NCBI GenBank assembly: GCA_002269645.1
Contig: NIVC01000964.1
Location: 1 to 24,323, forward strand
Direction of reading: 5' to 3'
DNA length: 24,323 nt
From: Macrostomum lignano
Lineage: Eukaryota
A program made the translations under genes and the position numbers. Below are positions 10,938 to 21,406 of this stretch, one piece after another (position 1 is the first letter of the stretch; each line of letters opens with the position of its first letter). The notes below the pieces were generated by a model. The model saw only the letters and a list, made by a program, of their open reading frames with translations. It was not told the DNA's origin and did not search any database.

Positions 10938-11929
10938 CTCGCCATCTCCGGTATTTCCTATGGGTAGAAAGGCTGCTATGATGAACATCTTTGACCAATT
11001 GAAAACTCTCTAATCTAAGATTATAACTTTTTTCTTCACCTCAATTTCTTTAATCTAAGACCGTTTCTACTATTGATGGACCAACACGGTATAAATTATT
11101 TTGTCTATAGAGGCACTGCACACACTAAAAATATACTTTTCGAATCACGGTTCTCTGGCTCTCGTGGTTTTAAAAGTAACATTAACGTTTCGTTGTAATA
11201 TTTATATTAATAGCACTACTGTTTGCACTCATTGCAACTGATGCTGAAAGAGTTCACTGATGACGATGAAGTTGATGAAGAATCAACTGGGGGTCGATGA
11301 AGAACCCCCGGCGGTCGAAGAATGAGTTGATTTTTGCTACCCGTTTGCATGTCATACGAGTATGGCTATATTGTATATTGTTTATGTTTTACCTTTATTT
11401 TCTCAGTTCACGATGCACGCAAAAATAAACTCTAAATTATCAAGTCAAGTTCATCATAGTCATTACAAGTAAGCAGGCTCATTTGCTTCTTCCGTGTACG
11501 AAGAGCAGAAAAAACTACATAAAGGTTTTGAGCTCCGGTCTGCGGACCTCTTGATCGATTTGCTTATCGTTATACGAGAGTATCACACATTTAACTATCA
11601 TCTGGTCGTATTCACACAGCAGTGGAACCAGCAAAGACAACACCTCCTAACCCAATCCCGTCTCGAGCTGACGCTACCCTTGCTCAGTCTTCACGGATAC
11701 TGAAGCACAAGCTGGCGGATGCAATAATTTTTTGGCTGAAGTATTGCCTTACAAGAGTATATATTTTAGAGAGGCAAGTGAAGCTGCAATCGAAAATAAA
11801 TTTTGAAGGTTTTCAGTCACTGAGATACGAGTACGAGCGTACACTGCAGAGGCCCGATTTTTCAAAGATAAAATGTTCTGCTCATGCATCAAAAATGATA
11901 AGCGACCGAAATCTCCTCAAGGTGGCTCA

Positions 11930-12941
11930 TTAAATAAAATCCGTGAACAGACACTCGAACTCCTTCATTGAATGCTCATAGCGAAACGGATAGGGCGCTC
12001 CCGGCCAGAAGTAGTAGATCCCCTGGCTGTCCGTAGCACTTTTGTTGTACGCATCCGGGTACTGGTAGTACAGACCGTTCGGGTTGAAGCAGGCGCAACT
12101 GTTGAACCACCAGCCTCCGTCGTACACTCGCGCACAGTTGACACTGCTGTTGTCGTTGTCCATGTCGAATGTGGAGAAGCTTTGATTGTTGAGAAACTTC
12201 ATGTCCGTGAAGCTGCACTGCCCCATCGAGGAGAGGCTCGATTCCAGCGGTCCGAGCAGCAGTCGGTACAGCTTGTCGGAGCCGGCGACTAGGAAGCGCT
12301 CGTTCTCGGCCCAGAACGGCTGGTCCTGCCACGTTCTCAGCTCCCAGCGGACTCGGCGCAGTCCATCCTCGGTGGCGGCGTGGATGGTGTCCAGGCCCAG
12401 CCAGAAGTTGCGGTGCTCGTCCTGGCCAAACGAGGCCTGGTACTCGGCCCAGTTGCGATCGAACCGCACGGAACCGTCGACGCGGTGCTGGAAGGTGCGC
12501 CAACAGAACTTTCGGTCCAGATGTGTCGGCCGTCTGAGCTGAAATGAGAGAGCGAAATGACCGCAATGGTCAGGAATGCCCAGCTACCCAAACCTCAGCA
12601 GCACAGCTACTGAATTTTCATCCGTCTGGCCTCACCCACAGCCGCGCTCCCTGCGAGACGTATCGGCACTTCCTGCAGCCGGACGGCCCCCATCGGCACC
12701 GGTAGAGGCGGCACAGTCCGTCCTCCTCCGAGAAGTCAGCGGCGTCCGCGGTACTCAGACTGGCTTTCATCAGACATAAGACATTGCTGGGAACGGAGAT
12801 GCTCAGCAGAGTCGAGTACTCGCTCAGACTGTCGAACCACCTATCCCAGACCGTTATTTTGCTCGTTGACTCTTGGGCGAGACCGAAGGCAGGAAGGCAG
12901 AGACACAGCGACAGAAGCGAGTTGACAGTGCCGTGCGACAT
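11930..12941 (-). CDS. Secreted fibrinogen-related-domain (FReD; ficolin/angiopoietin-like) protein, ~304 aa, 2 exons: 12941-12636, 12538-11930
   Basis: Signal-peptide-like start MSHGTVNSLLSLCLCLPAFGLA. Phase-0 intron TGG|gtgagg...tttcag|CTC. FReD motifs: WRTFQHRVDGSVRFDRNWAEYQASFG, FWLGLD, FSTFDMDND, NCA...GGWWFNSC..FNPNGLY. Confidence 0.92.
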
Positions 12942-13202
12942 TGTGAGCGGATATTTTGGAGACTCTGCTGTTCTCAGTTGGTTTGTAGCTGGGGATTTCA
13001 GGAAAGAATCGATGCATTTATGCTGAAAAATAATGATGAAACGATTGGTATCGCTGCATCGATTGAGCAGCCGGAATGGGGTAGATTTTAGGCGAAAGCG
13101 GTGCTTCTGAGAATTCAGTGATTGCATCTTTTTTGCTCGTGGCTGCCAGTCCCAGCAGCGAGGCGAACCAGCATCAGCGGAAAATTTTTCCTTTGTATTT
13201 TG

Positions 13203-13216
13203 CCGCCGCCATCTTT
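13203..13216 (-). promoter_or_regulatory. YY1-like motif (AAAGATGGCGGC on minus) upstream of the FReD gene
   Basis: Plus strand reads CCGCCGCCATCTTT, ~270 nt upstream of the FReD ATG, oriented as expected near a TSS. This is a motif match only. Confidence 0.25.
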
Positions 13217-13842
13217 GATCTGAATTTGCCGAACCGCTTTGCTATTTTAGTAGTGTCAGTTTTTGTTTGAGCAAGCAGCAATTTTTATCGCAACATCTCT
13301 TCCATAGCTGCCTGTGAGACTGAGCAGCGAAGACGAAACGTGTGCGACTCTCGCATCAAATTCGATTGCACGCGACTACGCATTAATTCGAATTAAGCGC
13401 ATGGCAGCTAGGAGGGCTGCATGAGTAGACGAAGATTCGATGTTGCACTTTACCAGATGCTGAGAAAACAAGAATAACGAAAAAAGTAAACTTCCACTTT
13501 CTGCTACCATTTTGGACAGTGAGTGTACGGCAATGCATCTATGAGTATTTTACACCGTGCACTTGGCATTTACGTGTGCACTGAGCCCTCAGCATCCAAG
13601 CCCAAACACTTCATCGAGTTCAGTACGGTCCCGCGCACGTATTGAAGATTGCCCACGTACAGCAATTGTACATCCCATTGTGAGTAGTACGCAAGAGTGA
13701 CGTGGGTTGCAGTACGCGTTACTCGATGAGTAAGTATCATATTATTAGGCAGTAAAGCTAAGGATAAATGGCTTGTTAAATCAACCAGTTTACAAGCGCG
13801 ATCACTTACTCCTAGGGCTCTAGTATTTTTACTCGAATAATT

Positions 13843-16059
13843 ATGGCCATGTCTGCCGAGCTACAGAAGACAGTCGTTAAAATTGCGTCCGTTAAGCCTT
13901 CAGAGCATAAACGGGATGAACCACATTTATCTGGCCAACCATTTTTAGGTTTCTATGATAATTACCGGTATTGGCAGGAGCATCATTTCCCTCGCCCAAT
14001 GTACGGCTACAAAGATCATTATAAGTATGGATGGCCAAGTATCGAAGAGGGTAAGAGCTACAGCAAAATTTTAATCTCTAATTGCTTGAATGTAGCAACT
14101 GTGATTATTTTGACATAATTTATTTGGCGAACTATTTTTAGATTCCGATTATTATAAGTTCCTATCATATTTTCTGGAATCTGCCAGGCAGGGAGGAACA
14201 ACTCCCGAACCGGACCCAATGTCCGGCTACAAAGGTCATTATAAAGGATTTGTGGTCACCACCTCGGACGGCGAAAAGTACCTGTTCGAAGAGGGTGAGT
14301 AAAAGCCACTGCAAAATTTAATCTCTAAATTGCTTGAATGTAGCAACTGTGATGATGATAAATATTATTATTGATGATGTTCGTCTTAACTTGTTTGGAC
14401 ATCGGTGCAAGTAAATGCCGCGACCCGAAGAAATAAGTTCGTGCCGTTCCTGTTTGTTCTGCTGCTTGACTGGGTGCTGCGGACTGCTCTCTCCGACCAA
14501 TGGCGGCTTTCTGCTGCGGCGAAGCGTGGGTCGACGCCAACCGTAGAGACGGCTCAGCCTGTTAGGCTACGCCGACGATCTCGCCCTGCTGTCCTCAACT
14601 GTTTGCTGACTGGTCGACCGACTGGTCGCTGTAGAGTCGATTGTCGGGCTTGTGATCAACACTGAGAAGTCCATCGGGCTCTGTGCGCCGGGCGACATCA
14701 AATTAAAAATTTTACGCGGAGGCGCTGACGGACTTTTTATTAGAGGCTGAAGCTTGGGCGCCCTGTCACACTCCGACAGGCGCCCTGACGAACTACGTCG
14801 TACGTCGATGTCAGACGTCCAGGCACACACTCAAACAGGAGTGTAGAGAGGCTCTAACTTTATTTATCGTTAGGAAAGTACACTTCACTGGGCCTTGGGA
14901 GTTGAACGTCTAGACATTAATTGCACGAACACAGCCAAGCCGAGATTCAAATTTAGGCCTAACAATACATTCCTTGTGACTACTGCATTTGGAATTGAGT
15001 CTGGTCCGCGGGCATGTAAGAGCGCCGCGCTGGACCACACCAGGCTACGGTCCTCTGGTGGCCCGGACTACGTTCGCGCCCTGGCTCTGAGATGCGCCCT
15101 GTGACGCAGAATTTTTTAACTGAGTGTCAGCGTATTTTTGTTGCTATTACTGATAGGAACCAACTAAATCTAAAACAAACTATTTTTTATAAAATTTAAT
15201 GAATCATTAACGAACAGGCGTAGCGCCGGACCAAATGAAAGAGTTGCATCGCATTGGTGAAATACGCATCGTAGACATCGGTAAAAGGCTGCCTTCTGGC
15301 TTCGAGGTCGTCGAAGAAAAAAATGTCAAACGTATCAACATCTCTCTGATGCAGTTGCTTATATTTATGGAGCTGCATAAGACAGTCGTTGAATTCGTGG
15401 TTGTCGAGCGACCACTCAGTACCAAGCGATCGGACAAAACGTCCGGCTACAAATTTCCTCATGAGGGGTGCGTGGTCACCACCGCCGATGGTCAAAAGTA
15501 CCTGATCGAAAAGGGTGAGTGCTGCATATTGTGGCCTCTAAACTGCTTGACTGTTGCAACTGTGATAAATAAATAAATAATGGATAAAACTGTCCAAATT
15601 ATCTTGGTTTTTAAAAATTTAACAAAACACTGACGAACAGGCGTAGCGCCGGACCACATGGAGGAGCTGCACCGCATCGGTGGCGAAAAGGGCAGCCGCA
15701 TTGTCAAGATAGGCAAGGAGCTGCCTCTTAATTTCCGGATTGTCAAACCAATAAAGATCAAACGCACTGACGTCACGCTGATGCAGCTGCTGGAGGCGAG
15801 CGGAGAAGTCTACAGCAGTCTCTGTAGCAACTGCTGGAATGCTACTGAGAGCATGAAGAGAGTTGTGACAGGGGAGTCGCAGTTGTCGTGGCAGTCACAG
15901 GCCGGAATTGGTGCAGTTAAATTCATTATGGCCGGGTTGCTCAGCTTTTTCGCGGTAAGATTTCACAGTCACAAATGTCGAATTTGGCCAGAGAAGTGCT
16001 TGCATCATTCTCAAAGTCCCAAGGTTGGCTTTCTTACGAATTTTGTCAATGGGGCTTAG
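13843..16059 (+). CDS. Chimeric member of a tandem uncharacterised family (candidate permuted papain-like/LRAT-PPPDE fold). Model exons: 13843-14050, 14142-14294, 15218-15514, 15641-15954 (or read-through to the stop at 16059, 358 aa)
   Basis: All three introns are GT..AG and phase 1, and the spliced frame is open. The last module keeps PHEGCVVTTADGQKYLIEKG and YSSLCSNCW, then a hydrophobic IGAVKFIMAGLLSFFA. Whether the four exons form one transcript is inferred. Exons 15218-15954 alone are better supported. Confidence 0.6.
14430..14800 (+). mobile_element. Degenerate non-LTR (RTE-like) reverse transcriptase fragment inside an intron
   Basis: Reads PFLFVLLLDWVLRTAL, then after a frameshift LGYADDLALLSST.*LVDRLVAV..IVGLVINTEKS. 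That is RT domains 4-6 with YADD, a frameshift and an in-frame stop. Confidence 0.8.
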
Positions 16060-16789
16060 TGCAATTAGTCATTCATGAGAGCCGACCCAAGAGCTGCACA
16101 GTGTGCCCACTGGCTGACGAAGAAGTTCGGGAGAGTGAGTGATGTGAATAAGGCAGCAAATGTTCTGTAGACGGTATCCCCTGTTTCTCGATTCCCAATT
16201 GCATGCCGCTGAACAACTTCAACTCTCATTTACAGCGCCGGTGAGACATCGGGACTCTGCCGGCTTTCTCGGGTCCTAAACGGCTGCGGGAACTCTAACT
16301 GTTTAAACAAAGCTGTTTAACTTACTTTAAACTGAAAACCCTCGTTTTTGTCACTACTAGCATAGATTCAATTTTAGTATATAGGATTTGTATCCAAGTT
16401 ATATCATCGTTAAGAATACATTCGGCCCACTCATACTCGAGGGATTCCTTTTTTGTCTCTGAATGTTGTCTGATTACGCAATTTGCTGTGACCAAAATCC
16501 TTGGACATTTTTTAGTCAGCTCCCAAATCTCTAGCTTTTTCTTTATATTTGTTCTCATACGATAATTAAACTGGGGTAACTGTCTACGGAGGAAGAACCA
16601 CAAACAAACAGTTAACACGTTTCAATCGTGTCAAAAATCCGCAACATACAGTCCAGTCCGCACAGGTGCGAAAATTTATAAAAGTTAAGATTTTGGTTAG
16701 TAAATTGAAGGGGAAATCCCAGTGTTTTGTTGCAAATTTTCGTCACTTGAATGAAAGCAAACTTTTCCCAACAGTCGCCATCGGTTTAA

Positions 16790-17144
16790 AGGGGCCTGTC
16801 AGCTTAAGCTCATAAAGTGGAGCCCGAGTAACCTATGCACACAAATGATATGCCATTCAGCTCACAATGACACTAGGAAGCTGGGTTTGGCAAAAAGCGA
16901 CAAAATTGGACTTGGAAGAATAAGCAAGGGGATAATTAAGGAACTATTTACTATTATGTCAACTTAAGCTCATAAAGTAGAGTCACTATTATCAGCTTTT
17001 GCTTGTTTTACCCTATCCCAAGTCAAATTTTCGTCGCTATTTTGCCAAAACTAGCTTCCTAGTGTCATTGTGAGCAGAATGACATACTGTATCATTTGTG
17101 TGCATAGGTTACTCGGGCTCCACTTTATGAGTTGACAGGGCCCT
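16790..17144. mobile_element. 355-bp palindromic MITE, Kolobok/T2 type, with TTAA target-site duplication
   Basis: TTAA|AGGGGCCTGTCA... at 16786-16790 and ...TGACAGGGCCCT|TTAA at 17144-17148. Imperfect TIRs of ~150 bp share CTCATAAAGTGGAGCCCGAGTAACCTATGCACACAAATGATA and CTCACAATGACACTAGGAAGCT. TTAA plus AGG termini is the Kolobok/T2 signature. Confidence 0.88.
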
Positions 17145-17897
17145 TTAATGCGGTCCCCAGGCAAGCTTATTAAAATGAATGGTTCTTTGCCGCTTTAGTT
17201 TAATAAAACTGCAGTACTAATGCAGGTCTCACTCAAATTTGTGCGAGCCCTGTCTGCGATTATCTGTTTCCCTCTTATTTATCCATACCTTAAGAATAAA
17301 CAAAATTATTAAGAAGCGGCGCTACCATTACAACAGTAGAAAACTTTTTTTCATGCGTCAAATATGTTTAAGAAAATGTCTTAAGCCAGTAGCGTCCGAA
17401 CAGCCGTCCATTAAATAAAACGGGTGCAACTCGCACATCAAGCCAGCGTCAATTCGACGCAAGGCTGAAATAATTCGGATTTAGCACAGTTTTAGGTTAT
17501 ACATGTAGATTGCAGATGAAGATTAGGCATTGCACTGTATACCATATGCTAAGAAAACAAGAAAAAAGAAAGAAGTGAAGTTCCACCTTCTCCTACGTTT
17601 TGAACAGTGAGTGTACAATTCATACTAGCTGAAATTACATTCAAGCCCAGACAAGTACATTTTGGACAGTGTACAATCCCGCGCGCGTATTGAAGTGCGC
17701 AATCTAACTGTACAGTAATGCCAGGGTGCTTGGTCTGCAGCGGACACCAGTCGATGAGTAAGTTCCTTGTTATTAGAGAGTAAACCTAATGATAAATGGC
17801 TTGTTAAATTAACCAGTTTAGGAGCGCGCTCGGCTACTTTCACAGCTCCATACTACAGCAGCAGAAAGTAAAGAAACAATACAAATTCCTCGCAATT

Positions 17898-19125
17898 ATG
17901 ACCGCGCATGACGAGCTGCAGAAGATAGTCGTTGAATTCGTGGTTGTCGAGCGACCACTCAATACCAAGCGACCGGACCAAGCGTCCGGCCACAAAGTTC
18001 CTCATGAGGGGTGCGTGGTCACCACAGCCGATGGCCAAAAATACCTGATCGAAAAGGGTGAGTGCTGCCCATTGTGGCCCTAAAAGTGCTTGACTGTTGC
18101 AACTGTGATAATTGACATAATACATAGTAGTATAGTGGATAGAACTTACAAATATATCCTCGTTCTGCAACAATTACTGAACCATTTACGAACAGGCGTA
18201 GCGCCGGATCACATGGAGGAGCTGCACCGCATCGGTGGCGAAAAGGGCAGCCGCATTGTGAAGATCGGCAAGAATCTGCCTCCTAACTTCCGGGTTGTCA
18301 GGCCAGTAAAGATCAAAAACACTGACGTCACGCTGATGCAGCTGCTGGAAGCGAGTGGTAAAGACTACAACTGGCTCTGCAGCAACTGCTGGAATTCTAC
18401 TGAGAGCATACAGAGAGTTTTGACAGAGAAGGCGCAGCTGCCGTGGCAGTTCAAGGCCGGACTTGACGCTGGAATAATGGGCGTCATTGCGATGGTGCTG
18501 TTCGTCTTGATTTTTCGCGGCGGTGCCATGGTAAGATTCCTTCATCATTTAGAATCATTTAGCTTTTCTCTGGTTTACAATTTGCGACAAGGTCTGGCAC
18601 TCTTGGCCCAAAACTCCGATTATGGTCGTTAGCTTAATTTGTTTTGTTTTTCAACAGAATTTATTGGTACTGGGCTTTAGTGCAAATTACAATCATGAGC
18701 AACTCAATGAGATTTGCGAGAGAGTGCAAACCACTCGTTTTGCCCACTCGTTTGAGATCAGTGTAGTCCCAAGTAGCAAATGCTGTGTAGATGCTACCTC
18801 CTGTTCCTCGATTCCCTATTGCATGCCGATGAACAACTCAACTCTCATTTACAGACCAACTGAGACATCCTGCCGGTTCTCGGGTCCTAAACGGCAACGG
18901 GAACTCAAACTGTTTAAAAAATTAAACTATAATTTGTTAGGCTGTCTGCCCCGCGCACACTCTCCTCACCTCCGCACTGTGCCTATAAATTCACTACGAA
19001 TATTCCCCCAAATTTCTTCACTCTTTCGCTCGTGTTCTCTGGTTTTCTCGCTAGAATACGCTTGTACACGATTCCAAATACAAGCGTTTTGGAGTATCCC
19101 GAAATTCTATCCCAAACTGAGTTAG
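17898..19125 (+). CDS. Intact member of the tandem family (candidate permuted papain-like NlpC/P60, LRAT/PPPDE-type, plus TM segment). Exons: 17898-18057, 18196-18530, and a possible third exon 18658-19125 (320 aa), or read-through stop at 18632 (198 aa)
   Basis: The phase-1 GT..AG intron joins MTAHDELQKIVVEFVVVERPLNTKRPDQASGHKVPHEGCVVTTADGQKYLIEK to GVAPDHMEELHRIG...TLMQLLEASGKDYNWLCSNCWNSTESIQRVL...GIMGVIAMVLFVLIF. The first two exons are well supported and the third is tentative. The fold call comes from motif recognition only. Confidence 0.72.
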
Positions 19126-19412
19126 TTGAGTTGGGGATATCAGAAAAACAGGAAAGATCATTTGGCAGTGAGACAATTAGTGACTTAGTACTTGGATTAA
19201 AAAAATAAATGGCGAGTTAAGAGGCCTCAGCGGCTTAATAACTTCAATTTTCCTATTGTGTTCAATTTAAGCAGAATTCCCGTTGTCATACAGTTCTTAA
19301 TTCTGTTGCGCAATACCATTACTATTATAGTAATTTCCAACTCAGTTCGCAGAAACTCCATTGTTTTTTCATTGAATTAAGTAAAAATACACACTCACTA
19401 CACAAACATTTA

Positions 19413-19535
19413 GGGGGCGTACTACGAGCTATAAAGCTGTCGTTGCGTAAGTTGGATCGTACGCCGGAACTTTTACACTGCGGAGATGGTAGCTAAGAAC
19501 GATCTTATCTTACGATGGCTTTATAGAACGGGCCC
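19413..19535. mobile_element. Small degenerate PIF/Harbinger-like MITE
   Basis: Imperfect inverted termini GGGGGCGT..CTATAAAGC..TCGT..TAAG..GATCGT versus ACGATC..CTTACGA..GCTTTATAGAACGGGCCC, flanked by TTA on both sides (3-bp TWA TSD). Confidence 0.5.
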
Positions 19536-21406
19536 TTATTCTCTTTCCGAACAGTCTCTCCTCTGAAACTTGTTTAATTTTGTTTATCTTTCACTGTGGG
19601 ATTTTGTGTAAGAAAATATCGTAGCATTAATAGTGTGTTGCATTCACGGATGAAGGAGACGTGGGTTCTATTCGTCGATCAAGAACGTCTGTCGTGAAAA
19701 ACCCATAGAGAAAGATTTTTTAGCTTGGCAGAGTGAATGAAAAATCCCACCCGTCTGTCTTATGGTTAGGCGAAGGGGAAGTTACTGGTCGCATTGCCAA
19801 TTTTTCGTACTTTAATAGAAAAAAAATTCTTTCCAACGTCTGAGCTGCATCTCTGCAAGTGGCCCTCAAGCAAACGCATTAGCGTCGGGGGTCTCCCGGC
19901 ACTGATATTTTCGAAAATAAAAGTCCTGCATCGAGTGAATTTGAGCATGAGTTGCGTCATGATTATTGGGGTGTACCACTGTACCTACAATAAATACATG
20001 TAGATGAGAGAGTCGGTAAACTCAGTACAGAGTCGTATCTTGTCTACCTACCAAAGGTCCTTGACGAGGTGCCAGCATGAGGGGGTGATAAAAGAGAGGA
20101 TTATATGAAACGGATTAGCAAAATCTAATTGAGGAATCCAAATATATTTGTTACATTTTTAGAATGCAGCTAACTTTTTGTTGGGGATTTCCAAACCTCA
20201 AGAACATTTTTCCTGCGTCATAACGGAGCAACGCAGGCACACAAAGACGTCAATAAGCAAGTCCTCCAAGACAGTCCATTCGAATTCATCTGGCTGAGCT
20301 TTTGTATCTGTTGGGGTTGTACTTTGGTTTTTCATGTTGTTTCACTTGTCTCTCACACCACTTGGTATAATTCTTGCGCTATCGTGAACCTGAAAATCTT
20401 GAGGCTGATGGTTTAGGAAGTGATGCATTTGTCTACATTGTTCGATGTGTCTACTCGTACTAAGAACCAATGATGCTGTTCGTTGCAAACATGACGTTGA
20501 CTGTTTTCAGACAACATTTTTCGCGACAGGATTCATCAAATTGAGATGCCGTTTAGATATTCGCGCCTGGGTTGAAGTATTTGACGCCCAGGCCAGATCC
20601 TCGAAGATACCGACGAGAGACGACCTCACGACGCTTCTGGCGCTCTGCCAGCTCATGGTTGCTCCAAATCTGCGATGGCGAAATCAAGCGCCTAGCGTTT
20701 GTGGAGCCGCTGCAGATTGCTGAGCAGCCTTCATGTCGATGCGCCAGAGGCGAAACCGACCAGCTGCCGCGCTCAGGGAGCAAGCCGGTATGCTTCGCCT
20801 GGGGTGGCTGGACCCCGCCGAGCGCTCATCAAGATGCGGCTCATTGCCGGTCCAACTCCATCAGGAACAAGGTGCTGAGCGTGAAGAAAGAACTGACGGT
20901 CGATCAGGTCACAGATATGTTCAGCAGCTGCTGATGGTCAGCCTTTTCAGGCGTGGGTCACAGCTGCTGCTCACTCGACTCTCGTGGATTCGGTGGTGCA
21001 CCAGGCTAGGTCGCTGTCGACCGCGCGACCGTCTGATGAAGCTCACTGCCATCCGGATAGCCCGGCTCTGTCGAATTCGGTTATGAGGCATGAAGCAGCT
21101 TCGGACACCAGCGCTGTCAGCGTTGCGGGAGTCGCACCAGAGCCCGCTGACTGCGAGCCCTGAGAGCCACCTGCAATCGGGAAAGGCTGGCAGCCCGCGG
21201 TGAAGCGGAGGTCATCAGCCGCTGAGGCTCATTGAGCCGGACTTCGATGACTCGCTTGGAGCAAGGAAGCTCGAGGCGTGAAGCGAATCGAGAAGGACTG
21301 CGGTCGGGTGAGCACCTGTATGTTCCAAACCGCCTGCTCAGGTGTCAGAGTTAATCAAGCCCTGTGCTTGGGAATTAGCGGTGAAATATCAAAGAAATAC
21401 TCTACT

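Noticed and set aside
11235-11330. Acidic stretch (DDDEVDEEST..DEEPPAVEE)
   Set aside because: Short, frameshifted and unlinked to any exon; possibly a TE remnant.
9513-12566. Antisense or alternate-frame ORFs over the GPCR and FReD genes
   Set aside because: Expected shadows of GC-rich coding sequence, with no domain features.
14989-15050. tRNA-like/SINE head on the minus strand (GTAGCCTGGTGTGG ... AGACTCAATTCC)
   Set aside because: A and B boxes are degenerate and no clean cloverleaf forms; at most a decayed SINE, not a tRNA gene.
16322-16618. 98-aa minus-strand ORF between family copies
   Set aside because: AT-rich, no recognisable motif and no counterpart in the paralogous unit.
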